The notes beneath the pieces were generated by a model. That model had not been told where the DNA came from, searched no databases, and was given only the letters and a program-made list of their open reading frames with translations. A stretch of 64,000 nt of DNA from a candidate division WWE3 bacterium CSP1-7 (GTDB taxonomy: Bacteria; Patescibacteriota; WWE3; 9FT-COMBO-53-11), in NCBI GenBank assembly GCA_001443395.1, contig LDXK01000001.1:1-64000 (forward strand), given 5' to 3'. Both the position numbers and the translations under genes were made by a program. Each line of letters begins with the position of its first letter. Position 1 is the stretch's first letter. Of this stretch, positions 9,320-18,387 are shown piece by piece.

Positions 9320-10701
9320 TTTTTCTTAAGAAGGTAGACTGTTCTTTTAGATCCCTTAACCGATTCTTTTACCGTCACGGTAAACAATTTTCCAAACTCT
9401 CTCTCAAAATCATCCTGGGTGTAGTGGTCGAAGATATCTTCGCGTGTGGCAAGCAATCGCTGGACCTGGGAATCTTCCTTGGGAACGAATTCGATAATCA
9501 AAAACTCGCGGCAGATCCCGGCGAAAAATTCGGCGATCTTGGCGAACGGGAGATTGTTGGAGATGGCGAGATGGTGAACCAGCGCCAGCGCCATTACCGT
9601 GTCGGCCGGACCGCGCTCGGCGAAACTCATCCTCTCCTGGCCTGCCCAACCCAGCGCCCCGCTGGGGTTGGTCAGGTCCAAAACCAACGGAAGGATCCTG
9701 TTCTCACCTTTTGATTTTACTTCCCGGTAGTTGATCTCCACCGCCGCCGGATCGATGTCACTAGAAACTATTAACTTTGAACTTTTCATTGCCACCCGGC
9801 TGAACTCCCCAGTGTTGGCGCCCAGGTCCCAGACGATCCTGGGCTTGACGGACCTAACGAACCTCTCCACGATCTCCGCCTTGTTCCTGAACGCCCCCCT
9901 CGAGTAGTTGGTGTTCTCGTAGTAGTCGGCCCATTCGGTGCCGCGGGGCTTCCACTCCAACCCCCGGACCGCCCCCTCCAAACCGGAGACCAGCCCCAGA
10001 AGCTGGCTCTTTCGGAACCTTATCGCCCGCTCCATCCCCCCGGATTGTGGCCGGCCGGCAAAAAACTGCTGGCTCTTGGCGTGCAGGTAGAGGTGCGCCA
10101 GGAGCTGGGGCCGGATGAGCGCCTTTTTGGGGAGGAGCTTCGCCGCCAGGTCCAGCGGAATGCCGTCGATGTAGATGCGCATCAGCTGGATCAGGCGGAT
10201 ATCGCTGTAGGAGGCCAGCGCCAGCGGCGCCAGGAAGTGCTGGCAGAATTGACGGTAAGCGACCCACGGCTTTTCCTCAAATTTTTCAAATGAGAGATGA
10301 TCAATCAAAACCGGCTGGCCTTTCACGAATTGGATGTTGTAAGCGCTCGCATCCTTCAGACTCATCCCGTATTCCAACGCCATTTTTTGAATTTTGAGGG
10401 TTAGCAGCGCCGCATCTTTCAATTCGCTGAAGCACCACTCATAGGGATAGGAAATAAAGTCGACCGCCTGGGGCTGGACGACCTGGTAGGCGTCCCCGGT
10501 TGGAGCCAGATCGAGAGAAACCTTCTTGAACGGGATCATCAGATCCTCCTTAACCAAACGCTGATAGAGACCAGAACCGATCAAAAGATCAAAATCCGGT
10601 TGATACGATTTATTGACCTGGCGATAGAGAACACCTTCTTTGGTGAAGAGGAATCCGCTGGGATCGCGAAAAGAGCTGGGGACGTTAGCGGCTTTTGACA
10701 T
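9316..10701 (-). CDS. SAM-dependent methyltransferase (NoeA-like)
   Basis: SFRDPSG N-terminus, LKDASAYN, VWDLGANTGEFS, LALVHHL. Confidence 0.85.
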   Translation of the reverse strand: MSKAANVPSSFRDPSGFLFTKEGVLYRQVNKSYQPDFDLLIGSGLYQRLVKEDLMIPFKKVSLDLAPTGDAYQVVQPQAVDFISYPYEWCFSELKDAALLTLKIQKMALEYGMSLKDASAYNIQFVKGQPVLIDHLSFEKFEEKPWVAYRQFCQHFLAPLALASYSDIRLIQLMRIYIDGIPLDLAAKLLPKKALIRPQLLAHLYLHAKSQQFFAGRPQSGGMERAIRFRKSQLLGLVSGLEGAVRGLEWKPRGTEWADYYENTNYSRGAFRNKAEIVERFVRSVKPRIVWDLGANTGEFSRVAMKSSKLIVSSDIDPAAVEINYREVKSKGENRILPLVLDLTNPSGALGWAGQERMSFAERGPADTVMALALVHHLAISNNLPFAKIAEFFAGICREFLIIEFVPKEDSQVQRLLATREDIFDHYTQDDFEREFGKLFTVTVKESVKGSKRTVYLLKKK

Positions 10702-10747
10702 TTTGTTTCTTCAAAATGCTAGGGTCGATGAGAATCAACCCGTCCAT
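10699..10747 (-). repeat. GAC/TAG hairpin family copy with tail shared with the 57377 copy
   Basis: ATG-GAC-G-GGTTGAT TCTC ATCGACC-C-TAG-CATTTTGAAGAAACAAAATG. Confidence 0.75.
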
Positions 10748-10958
10748 CGTCCTTTTTCTCCTTTTTCCCGGACTTTAGGATGGACGAAAAGAAGCCCTTG
10801 ATTTTGCTCCAAAAAGTCACGATCAGATAACCCCCACCGGCTAAACCGGCAATCAAGATCTGAACAAAGTAGCTCCCCGTCCCGGGATCAAGATAGGCGT
10901 GTGCCGGCCGCGCCAGCGCCGCGAAAACCAGTGTCAGAACCAAAATCTTTAAGATCAC
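10719..10958 (-). CDS. Small membrane protein with YLDPGTGS motif (start uncertain; upstream ATG at 11030)
   Basis: Signal-like N-terminus then AHA-YLDPGTGSYFVQILIAG TM helix. Confidence 0.75.
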   Translation of the reverse strand: MILKILVLTLVFAALARPAHAYLDPGTGSYFVQILIAGLAGGGYLIVTFWSKIKGFFSSILKSGKKEKKDDGRVDSHRP

Positions 10959-11028
10959 TGTTGAAAAATATACCACATTGAGAGAATCAAGATTGACATT
11001 CCATCTAACTTCAAACATACTGTCTAAC

Positions 11029-11040
11029 ATAGTATACTAT
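11029..11040. promoter_or_regulatory. Palindrome ATAGTATACTAT, candidate operator
   Basis: Identical 12-mer at 28104, 28601 and 41004. Confidence 0.55.
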
Positions 11041-11068
11041 ATATAAGCCAAGGGGTGGGGGACCGGCG

Positions 11069-12199
11069 TCAATTCAAGCTATTGAAGATCTCAATCAGCT
11101 TTTTACCCGAATCCTCCCAGCGAAACCGGCGGGAGTTTTTTAGTCCCTTACTAACAAGCTCGGATCGAAGCGAGGGGGAAGAGAGAATCTTCGTGATCGC
11201 TCCGCCGATCGCCCCCACATCACGGGGGTCCACCAGCACTCCCCCCTCCCCTGCCGCCTCCGGCAGAGAGGTTGTATTGGAGGTCACCACCGGCGTTCCG
11301 CAGGCTTGCGCCTCCACCACCGGCATCCCAAAACCCTCAAAGAAAGAAGGAAAAACAAAAACCTCCGCGGCGGACATCAATTTGGGCCGATCCTCTTCCG
11401 GAACATAGCCGGTGAAAACCACGTCCTCCTCCAGCCCCAAATCCGCCACGGTTCGGAAAATTTCTTCGGAGAGCCAACCCTTCTTCCCCGCCAGAACAAG
11501 GTTAAATTTTTTCCTGTCTTTAAGGCCGGCGTAGGCCTTGAGAATGGCGGGAACATTCTTTCGCGGCTCAAGCGTGCCGAGAAAGAGAAGGAACGGCTTG
11601 GTGATGCCGTATTTCTTTTTGATCTCCTCCTTTTCCTTTTCACTCCGGGGATAAAAAGCGTTCGGATCGACTCCCGGGTAAACAACGGTCACTTTTTCGG
11701 CCGGAACGCGATAGGACTCAATCAACTCGTTCTTGGTGAATTCGCAGTTGACAACGACGTGGTCCGCCCGGGCGACCGAGGGCGGGACGAACTTCCGCAG
11801 AAACTCGACGTTTCTCCGAGCGACGTACTGGGGAACCTTCTCGAAAGTCAGGTCATGGATCAATATCACACTCTTCCCTTTGAAATGGGGGTAGATCACA
11901 AAGTTGGAAAAAAAATACAGGTCGTGCCGGCCGAAGAATAACTCCAACGGGATATCGATTCCCAACTTATGCAATTTATAGAAAACCTTGTAAGGAAAAA
12001 AGCGCTGGTAGCGGTAAGAAAAATTCCATCCTCCCCCAAACATGGCCAGCGGTTTTTTGGGGAACAGCCGCCAGAGCAGGAGATCATAGTGATTTTTTTG
12101 GTCCTGCTTCAGGACGGCTTCAATCAGACCTTTGGAATAATAGGTTACTCCGGCACTCTGCTCCAGAAGCGGCTGGGCATCAATCGCAATATGCATCAC
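11069..12199 (-). CDS. Glycosyltransferase family 4
   Basis: GTLEPRKN, FPSFFEGFGMPVVEAQACG. Confidence 0.93.
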   Translation of the reverse strand: MMHIAIDAQPLLEQSAGVTYYSKGLIEAVLKQDQKNHYDLLLWRLFPKKPLAMFGGGWNFSYRYQRFFPYKVFYKLHKLGIDIPLELFFGRHDLYFFSNFVIYPHFKGKSVILIHDLTFEKVPQYVARRNVEFLRKFVPPSVARADHVVVNCEFTKNELIESYRVPAEKVTVVYPGVDPNAFYPRSEKEKEEIKKKYGITKPFLLFLGTLEPRKNVPAILKAYAGLKDRKKFNLVLAGKKGWLSEEIFRTVADLGLEEDVVFTGYVPEEDRPKLMSAAEVFVFPSFFEGFGMPVVEAQACGTPVVTSNTTSLPEAAGEGGVLVDPRDVGAIGGAITKILSSPSLRSELVSKGLKNSRRFRWEDSGKKLIEIFNSLN

Positions 12200-12300
12200 C
12201 GCCCAGTATATCCTAGGTTTACCCCCCTTTCCGAGCGTGTTATTCTTTTTTCATCAAGAAAAAGTAAGAGCACCCCAAAACCCATCGGTAAGGAGGAGAG

Positions 12301-12663
12301 ATGGAACCCCGTCAAGTGATGATGCTTCGCCTCAGCAAACGCTGGGAGACAATGGAGATGGAAGTAGTTGACCATCTCGCGAAATATCTTTACTCCTTCT
12401 ATGATTTCCTCCAACTCTCCGATCCGGTCGCCGAATACAACTGGGGAATTGGGAAGGGTGAAGACGGTGCGCTCTTTCTAGTATTGATGGAATTTCCTCC
12501 CAAAGATGAAGGGGATGACCATCAGGTTCCGGATCTCACATTTCCCGATTTTGGAACCTCTCTCAGAACGGATCCAGAAGAAGAGATCGGCGACGATGAG
12601 GCCGGCGGTCTCAGCGAGGAAGACGTCGATCCCGATTCTCGCGAGGAGGAAAGCGATGACTGA
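12301..12663 (+). CDS. Hypothetical protein with very acidic C-terminus
   Basis: Strong SD AAGGAGG; stop overlaps ATPase start; D/E-rich tail. Confidence 0.7.
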   Translation: MEPRQVMMLRLSKRWETMEMEVVDHLAKYLYSFYDFLQLSDPVAEYNWGIGKGEDGALFLVLMEFPPKDEGDDHQVPDLTFPDFGTSLRTDPEEEIGDDEAGGLSEEDVDPDSREEESDD

Positions 12664-13957
12664 CAAACTCGTCGCACCCAATGAAAGCCCTTCGCCGACG
12701 CGGGACATTGAACGCGGTCTTAAGGAACGGCTGATCGGTCAGGATCGGGCCATTCGAGAAATCACCCGCGCCTTGGAACGCGCCTTTGCCGGGTTGAACA
12801 ATCCCGAACACCCGATCGCGGTTCTGGCCTTCTTCGGCCCGACCGGGACCGGCAAGACTCTGGCGGCGGAAGCGCTCGCGAACTGTTTCACCAAGAAGAT
12901 CGTCTGGCGCTGCTCCCGCTACCACGAATGCCTCGTGGAATACAGCGATGAAGAACAGCGGGCGGGAGAAGTACCGAAATGCTGTCCCGTTCACTCCAAA
13001 TCCAATCCGCCAATCGAGAGAGTGGCATTGCCTAGCATCTGGACGATCGATTGCGGCGCGATGGGCGGTTCACTCGACCACGCCGTCACCGTGCTGTTAG
13101 GATCACCGCCCTCCTATGTGGGACACAACCAACCGCCGCTTTTTGCGGGGGGAAAGGCGCCGCGCGTCGTTCTCTTCGACGAGGCCGAGAAAGCCCTTCT
13201 CTCCTCCGGTTGGAACGGCAATAGCTCCTTTGCCAACATTCTCCTCAAGATCCTGGACAAGGGAAAGATCCGAAACAACCACGGCGAAGAGGTTGATTTC
13301 ACTCAATCGATCATCATTCTCACCGGCAATCTGGGCGCGGTAGAGATCATGAAGGAGTTCTCCGGCAAGTTGGGGTTCTCCACCGCCGAGCAATCCTCCC
13401 GCAAGGATTTCTCCAAGATGACCGACGAAGAGATTGCCCAGATCAACAAACGGATCTATGCCACCGTTAAGGCGAAGGCGGAACGGGAGCTGGCTCCGGA
13501 GTTCCTCAATCGGCTGGACCGGCTGGTCGTCTTTCACTTCCTGACGCACCGCGATTACGAGCGGATCCTCCAGAAAGAGCTCGCCAAGGTACAGAAGCGG
13601 GTCAAAAGGAAGGTGATCAAGAAGAGGAAGGCCCCGGCCTTCGTTCTCACTTTCTCCCCGCCGGTGTTGGATTATCTTCTGCGGGAATCCCTGGGCGATC
13701 GGCAGTCCGGCGCTCGGCCGGTGGTGCGCGTGATTGAGAAGAAAGTGGTAACCGAACTCGCTAAGCTCATCAACGGCCGAATGATCAAACCCCGAGATCA
13801 TCTCGAGGCCCGGGTGGAAAAGGAAAACAACGAAGAAGGGGTTCCGGAAGAAACAATTGTCTTCTATCGAACCAACTCGCAGGAAAGCCGGACGGCCATT
13901 CTTTCGCCGTCGCCGCATCATCGCCGACCATCCTCTCTCGAGGACGAGGATGCCTAA
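12656..13957 (+). CDS. Single-module Clp-family (ClpB-D2-like) AAA+ ATPase with Cys/His insert
   Basis: SD AGGAGG before ATG 12656; LIGQDRAI, GPTGTGKT, GSPPSYVG, VLFDEAEKA, PEFLNRLD, GARP. Confidence 0.88.
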   Translation: MTDKLVAPNESPSPTRDIERGLKERLIGQDRAIREITRALERAFAGLNNPEHPIAVLAFFGPTGTGKTLAAEALANCFTKKIVWRCSRYHECLVEYSDEEQRAGEVPKCCPVHSKSNPPIERVALPSIWTIDCGAMGGSLDHAVTVLLGSPPSYVGHNQPPLFAGGKAPRVVLFDEAEKALLSSGWNGNSSFANILLKILDKGKIRNNHGEEVDFTQSIIILTGNLGAVEIMKEFSGKLGFSTAEQSSRKDFSKMTDEEIAQINKRIYATVKAKAERELAPEFLNRLDRLVVFHFLTHRDYERILQKELAKVQKRVKRKVIKKRKAPAFVLTFSPPVLDYLLRESLGDRQSGARPVVRVIEKKVVTELAKLINGRMIKPRDHLEARVEKENNEEGVPEETIVFYRTNSQESRTAILSPSPHHRRPSSLEDEDA

Positions 13958-14345
13958 GTACAAACCGCCTTGGCCGACTGAAAAGAGAGAACCGTTTCCG
14001 CAAGAGCATCACATCGTCCCGCTCTCGCGCGGCGGAGAAGATCAGCCCGCCAACATCCTGACCGACATCCCTTCTGACCTCCACTGGTGCTGGCATCGGT
14101 TATTTGGCAATCTGACCCCGATGGAAACTCTCACCATACTGGTCCAGCACCTGCTGCGGCCGGGGAAATACCACGGCTACCAGAACCTGATCACCGGGAT
14201 GGAAGAGCGAAAGCCGCCGGTGGCGATGCCCGACAAGATCATCTTCGCCTTGGAGAATCAAGCTTTTCCGAGGAACTGGGTGCCATCCAAAAAACTGATC
14301 CGGCACTTGGAAAGATTAAGAAAGAAACGAAGCAGGGAATCCTAG
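13950..14345 (+). CDS. HNH endonuclease-family protein
   Basis: EHHIVPLSRGG...N...HWCWH; ATG overlaps ATPase stop. Confidence 0.75.
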   Translation: MPKYKPPWPTEKREPFPQEHHIVPLSRGGEDQPANILTDIPSDLHWCWHRLFGNLTPMETLTILVQHLLRPGKYHGYQNLITGMEERKPPVAMPDKIIFALENQAFPRNWVPSKKLIRHLERLRKKRSRES

Positions 14346-14367
14346 CAATAGGGTTCCCTTTTTTTTA
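14335..14367 (+). terminator. Intrinsic terminator of the ATPase-HNH operon
   Basis: GGGAATCCTA GCAA TAGGGTTCCC followed by T-tract. Confidence 0.8.
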
Positions 14368-14480
14368 TTTGGTGATAAAATGTCGGTAAGAAAGAACGAT
14401 ATCGCTCGGCGAAATCGCAACTAATCGCCGGCGGTGACAGCACCGCTACAACCGAACAAAACACCACAAGGAGGAAAGAG

Positions 14481-16484
14481 ATGTTCAACTCGCAACCGAG
14501 TGAGACGATCGGCGCCATTTCCCGACTGGATTATGGAAGTCCCGGTTTCCGAAACGGCTTGATCGAGCTCGCCAGCCAGGTTTCCAAGAAGGAAGGTTTG
14601 CGCTTCATCGTTCTGGCCGGCGGTTTGGTTTCGTTTCCCCATCTGCGCAAGGAGTTCACCACGTTCGCCCTGCGGCAGATCGCCCGGAAGCGAAGGTTTT
14701 ATCTCCCGAGCGAAGACAAAAAGAAGAGGAAGATCGAAGATCTGGATGCCGCCCGGGAATGGCTGCTGGATGATATCGCCAAGCAGGTAGCGCGGGTGCT
14801 TCCCAAGCTGCGCAACCGCAGCGGCCACTTCGTCCGCCTCTACATCGTGACCTCCCCGGCGCCGAACTACGATGGCTGGATCGGTCAGGAAATCGCCCAG
14901 CGCCTCCGCGGGTACGGTCGGAGAGACATCCGCTACATGGGAGAAGGCTCCGCCCGGATCTCCTTGAAGAACCTGAACAAGGTCATCGGGGTTCTGGTGC
15001 CGGAAAAGGCGAGCTGGCGCAGCAAGTACTTCTCCACCGCGGTGGACCGGCTTATTGAGGACGAAGAGAAGCAAACTTCTCAACCCCTCCCCGACCTCTG
15101 GCTCATCGGCTGCACGGCTTCCAGCCTGCTGCGGCCCCGGGGAGAACGAAAGCGCTCCTACGTCTCGGTGCCGGCCCTGCACCGGTTGAAGCAGGTCCAC
15201 ACCGCCGAGAACCAAGTCGGGATCCGGGTGCTGGAGTTTCAACCCACCGGATTCCTGGTGCGGACCTACAACTTCAAGGACTACACCGCGCAGGAACGGA
15301 GGTGGGTCCCGGATCCAGAGGGCACTCCCCTCCAGAAGAGCATCGTCGCCGAACTGAAGAACCGAGGCGCGATGACGATCGGGATGTTCGAGGACGTTCT
15401 GCGCGTTTCCCGCCGCGAGATCGCGAACGCGATCCGCACTCTCAACGAGAGCGAGTACCGCCCGGCGATCCGGCTGGACAGTGACTCGGATTTCTACGAC
15501 TTCGACAGCGCCTGGATCCAGAACAAGCTGAAGTACCCGCTTGTTTCCGCGAAGACCTGCCGAGAGGACGTTCTGCTGAACTTCGGCTGCCTGCACGCCG
15601 GATCGATCTACAGCGAATACGAGTTCTTCTTGAAGAACGTTCCGCAGTTCATCCTCCAGCGCGGTGCCAACGTCCTGGTCGGCGCCGGCGACCTGATCGA
15701 GGGGTTGGAGCACGACCTGGACAAGCGCGGCGAGAGCATGCGGGGATGGAACTACACCGACCAGGAAAACCTGGCGGCCAAGCTGATCGGCCGGGTGATG
15801 CTGAGGGTCTTCAAGGCTCGCCTCACCAAGGCCGCCGAGACCTTCAAGAAGAAGCCCTCCGCCCGCAAGCTGAAGAGCCTGGTGGAGAGCTCCCTGATCA
15901 CCTTCCTCTACCGGGAGGGGAATCACGACGCCTGGGTTCTCAAGCGCGGCGTTGTTCCTCTGAGCTTCTTCGGCCCGAGCCTGGTCTCCTACCTCACCTT
16001 GGGGGTCGCTCAGATCCTCAAGGAACGGGGATGGCAAGTCCCTGATCTCCTCGGGATGGTCGAGGCCAAGGTCCGCTACGGGGAAGTCCACACGCTTCCC
16101 TCGGGCCTGGGGATCACCCTGCTGCACCCCTTCATGGCCCGCGCGATGACCTCTTCGCTGCGCGCCCAGCACACGCTGGACATGGCCGTGACGCCGGTGG
16201 TGGTTCTGGCGAACTTCCACGTTGCCATCAGCGTGGACCAGTGGGATTCGGACTTCGGTCAGCGCGTCTCCCAGCAAGTGGGATCGATCGTCTGGAAGAC
16301 CGAGTTCGAACACGGCAAGCTCAAGACCCTGGACGTCGGCGTCGGTTATCTCCGGATCCTCTCCTGCGAAGGAAGAATCCTGATGACCGAGTCCGCCTTC
16401 TTCAACGACGGGGTCAAGGAAGAGACGCACCGGAACGACGAGCTGATCCCGAAGTTCCTGGACAGCCTCGGAAACGGGAGTTAG
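14481..16484 (+). CDS. Tandem calcineurin-like metallophosphoesterase protein with central winged-helix
   Basis: C-half GCLHAGS, AGDLIEG, EGNHD, LLHP, ANFH; degenerate N-half copy (RLDYGS, AGGLV, PNYD); HTH-like linker; SD GGAGG. Confidence 0.75.
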   Translation: MFNSQPSETIGAISRLDYGSPGFRNGLIELASQVSKKEGLRFIVLAGGLVSFPHLRKEFTTFALRQIARKRRFYLPSEDKKKRKIEDLDAAREWLLDDIAKQVARVLPKLRNRSGHFVRLYIVTSPAPNYDGWIGQEIAQRLRGYGRRDIRYMGEGSARISLKNLNKVIGVLVPEKASWRSKYFSTAVDRLIEDEEKQTSQPLPDLWLIGCTASSLLRPRGERKRSYVSVPALHRLKQVHTAENQVGIRVLEFQPTGFLVRTYNFKDYTAQERRWVPDPEGTPLQKSIVAELKNRGAMTIGMFEDVLRVSRREIANAIRTLNESEYRPAIRLDSDSDFYDFDSAWIQNKLKYPLVSAKTCREDVLLNFGCLHAGSIYSEYEFFLKNVPQFILQRGANVLVGAGDLIEGLEHDLDKRGESMRGWNYTDQENLAAKLIGRVMLRVFKARLTKAAETFKKKPSARKLKSLVESSLITFLYREGNHDAWVLKRGVVPLSFFGPSLVSYLTLGVAQILKERGWQVPDLLGMVEAKVRYGEVHTLPSGLGITLLHPFMARAMTSSLRAQHTLDMAVTPVVVLANFHVAISVDQWDSDFGQRVSQQVGSIVWKTEFEHGKLKTLDVGVGYLRILSCEGRILMTESAFFNDGVKEETHRNDELIPKFLDSLGNGS

Positions 16485-16494
16485 TTCGTAGTAC

Positions 16495-16530
16495 AGGCCC
16501 TTTGCTTACTCAAGCAGAGGGCCTTTTTTT
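16495..16530 (+). terminator. Intrinsic terminator
   Basis: AGGCCCTTTGCTT ACTC AAGCAGAGGGCCT followed by T-tract. Confidence 0.8.
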
Positions 16531-18316
16531 ATTTGACAGTGACTGATTTGGCTAAGTTGCGAGGCTTATCAGGGTCCAGATCTCGTTCAACAGCAAGATA
16601 GTAGGCCAAAAGCTGGGCGGGAACCACGTTCACGATCGGCGAAGCCAGTCCCACATCCGGCACCTTGATCCAGACATCAAAAACCTCGTTATCCTTCGGC
16701 GCCACTCCGATAATGAACGCCCCCCGGCTCTTGATCTCCTTGGCATTGGAGAGTACCGATTCCCGCGTCCGGTCGTTGGCGACAAACACCAGGCAGGGCG
16801 TCCCCTCTTCCACCAGGGCGATCACCCCGTGCTTGAGCTCTCCGCCGGCGAAACCCTCGGCGTGGATGTAGCTGACTTCCTTGATCTTCAACGCCGCTTC
16901 CAAGGCCGTCGGATAGTTTACTCCCCGGCCGATCGCGTAGAGATGGTCCACATCCTTCAGCTGCTTTGCTAACGCCCGGATTTTCGCCCCATTCTCCCCG
17001 TCCAAAATCTCCTTAACCCCCCGGGCCGCTTTCGCCACCATCCGTTTTCCTTCATCCAGCTTGCCGCCGATCCCCGCCGCCAGCATTAGAAAAAGGGCGA
17101 GCTTGGCGGTGTAAGACTTCGTTGCCAAGACCGCCTTTTCGGGACCGCAGTTCAAGAGCAGAGTCTTGTCGGCCAGGCGTGTGAGCGAGGAGCCACGGAC
17201 ATTCGTCAGGGCAACTATTTTGGAACGGTGCCTTTTTGCTGCTCGCGCCGCTTCCATCGTGTCCATCGTTTCTCCGGACTGGGAAGCGCAGATCAGCAGA
17301 GATTTCGGGGTGAGAAAGCTCTCCAAAAAGTAGAATTCGCTCCCCACGGCAAAATTGACGTGCCGCTTTGCCAGATCAGCGAAGAGATAGGTCGCCGCGA
17401 TCCCGGAGTGGGCCGCCGTTCCGCAAGCGGTGAAATAGGTCCCAAACGATGCTTTGATCAGCCTTGTCACTTCTTTCAGCTCCTTTTCGGGGTACTCCGC
17501 CAACCGGGAAAGCACCTGGGGCTGTTCGTGGATCTCTTTAATCAGATAATGGGGAAATTCGCCGAGTTCCGCGTCCTCGGCCGTCCAATCGATTTTTTCG
17601 ATCTTCAGAGGAACCTCTTTTCCGGTGGCGGCGGTGATCACTCGCACTTCTCCCTCCGCCAGGACCGCTCCCTCCCCATCGTTCAGAAAAACGACTCGGT
17701 CGGTGTAGGGAAGGAAAGCAGGGATGTCGGAAGCCAGGAAACTCTCCCCCTCCCCCACCCCGGCGATCATTGGTGACCCATTTCTAAATCCTACAATGGC
17801 TCTTAGTTGTGGGTAATAGACAACAATCGCATTCAACCCCTCAAGCTGATTAAAAACGCCTCGAACCGCCTCCCCAAATTTGCTAATTGTGGGCAGTTCG
17901 TCACCGATTTCCTCTTCGATCAAGTGAGAAACCACCTCGGTGTCGGTTTCGGAGCGGAAGGTGTGGCCGCGTCCTATCAATCCCTCTTTCAGCTCTTCCC
18001 AATTCTCAACTATTCCGTTATGAACCACGGCAATCTTGCCGGTACAGTCCAGATGGGGATGGGCATTGGCATCGGTGACGCCGCCGTGGGTCGCCCAACG
18101 GGTGTGCCCCAGACCGGCAAAAGCCGGTTCGACCTCACTATCGGGAAAGTTAATTCCGGAGATCCGACCGGATTTTTTGACCAAATCAGGTCCCCCGCCG
18201 TAAGCCACTCCCCAGGAGTCGTAGCCCCGGTACTCCAACCGCTTGAGGGCGTCCACCAGAAACTGGGCCGGGTTTTGTTTTTCAGTTGTCGAAACGAATG
18301 CAATTACGCCACACAC
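16529..18316 (-). CDS. glmS: Glutamine--fructose-6-phosphate aminotransferase
   Basis: GTG-TGT-GGC start (Ntn Cys), RLEYRGYDS, GHTRWATHG, C-terminal DKPRNLAKSVTV. Confidence 0.97.
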   Translation of the reverse strand: MCGVIAFVSTTEKQNPAQFLVDALKRLEYRGYDSWGVAYGGGPDLVKKSGRISGINFPDSEVEPAFAGLGHTRWATHGGVTDANAHPHLDCTGKIAVVHNGIVENWEELKEGLIGRGHTFRSETDTEVVSHLIEEEIGDELPTISKFGEAVRGVFNQLEGLNAIVVYYPQLRAIVGFRNGSPMIAGVGEGESFLASDIPAFLPYTDRVVFLNDGEGAVLAEGEVRVITAATGKEVPLKIEKIDWTAEDAELGEFPHYLIKEIHEQPQVLSRLAEYPEKELKEVTRLIKASFGTYFTACGTAAHSGIAATYLFADLAKRHVNFAVGSEFYFLESFLTPKSLLICASQSGETMDTMEAARAAKRHRSKIVALTNVRGSSLTRLADKTLLLNCGPEKAVLATKSYTAKLALFLMLAAGIGGKLDEGKRMVAKAARGVKEILDGENGAKIRALAKQLKDVDHLYAIGRGVNYPTALEAALKIKEVSYIHAEGFAGGELKHGVIALVEEGTPCLVFVANDRTRESVLSNAKEIKSRGAFIIGVAPKDNEVFDVWIKVPDVGLASPIVNVVPAQLLAYYLAVERDLDPDKPRNLAKSVTVK

Positions 18317-18354
18317 GTTAATGTTTATAGCTAACACCGTTAGCTATAAGCTTA

Positions 18355-18387
18355 GGTGCTAGCTTTTCCTTCGGAAAAGCGTCCATT
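18355..18387 (-). repeat. GAC/TAG hairpin family copy between yvcK and glmS
   Basis: AATG-GAC-G-CTTTTCC GAA GGAAAAG-C-TAG-CACC. Confidence 0.7.

Noticed and set aside
14421-16430. Long antisense ORFs (669 aa here; also 3698-4894 and 38762-39898)
   Set aside because: Shadows of GC3-rich genes on the opposite strand, with no motifs.
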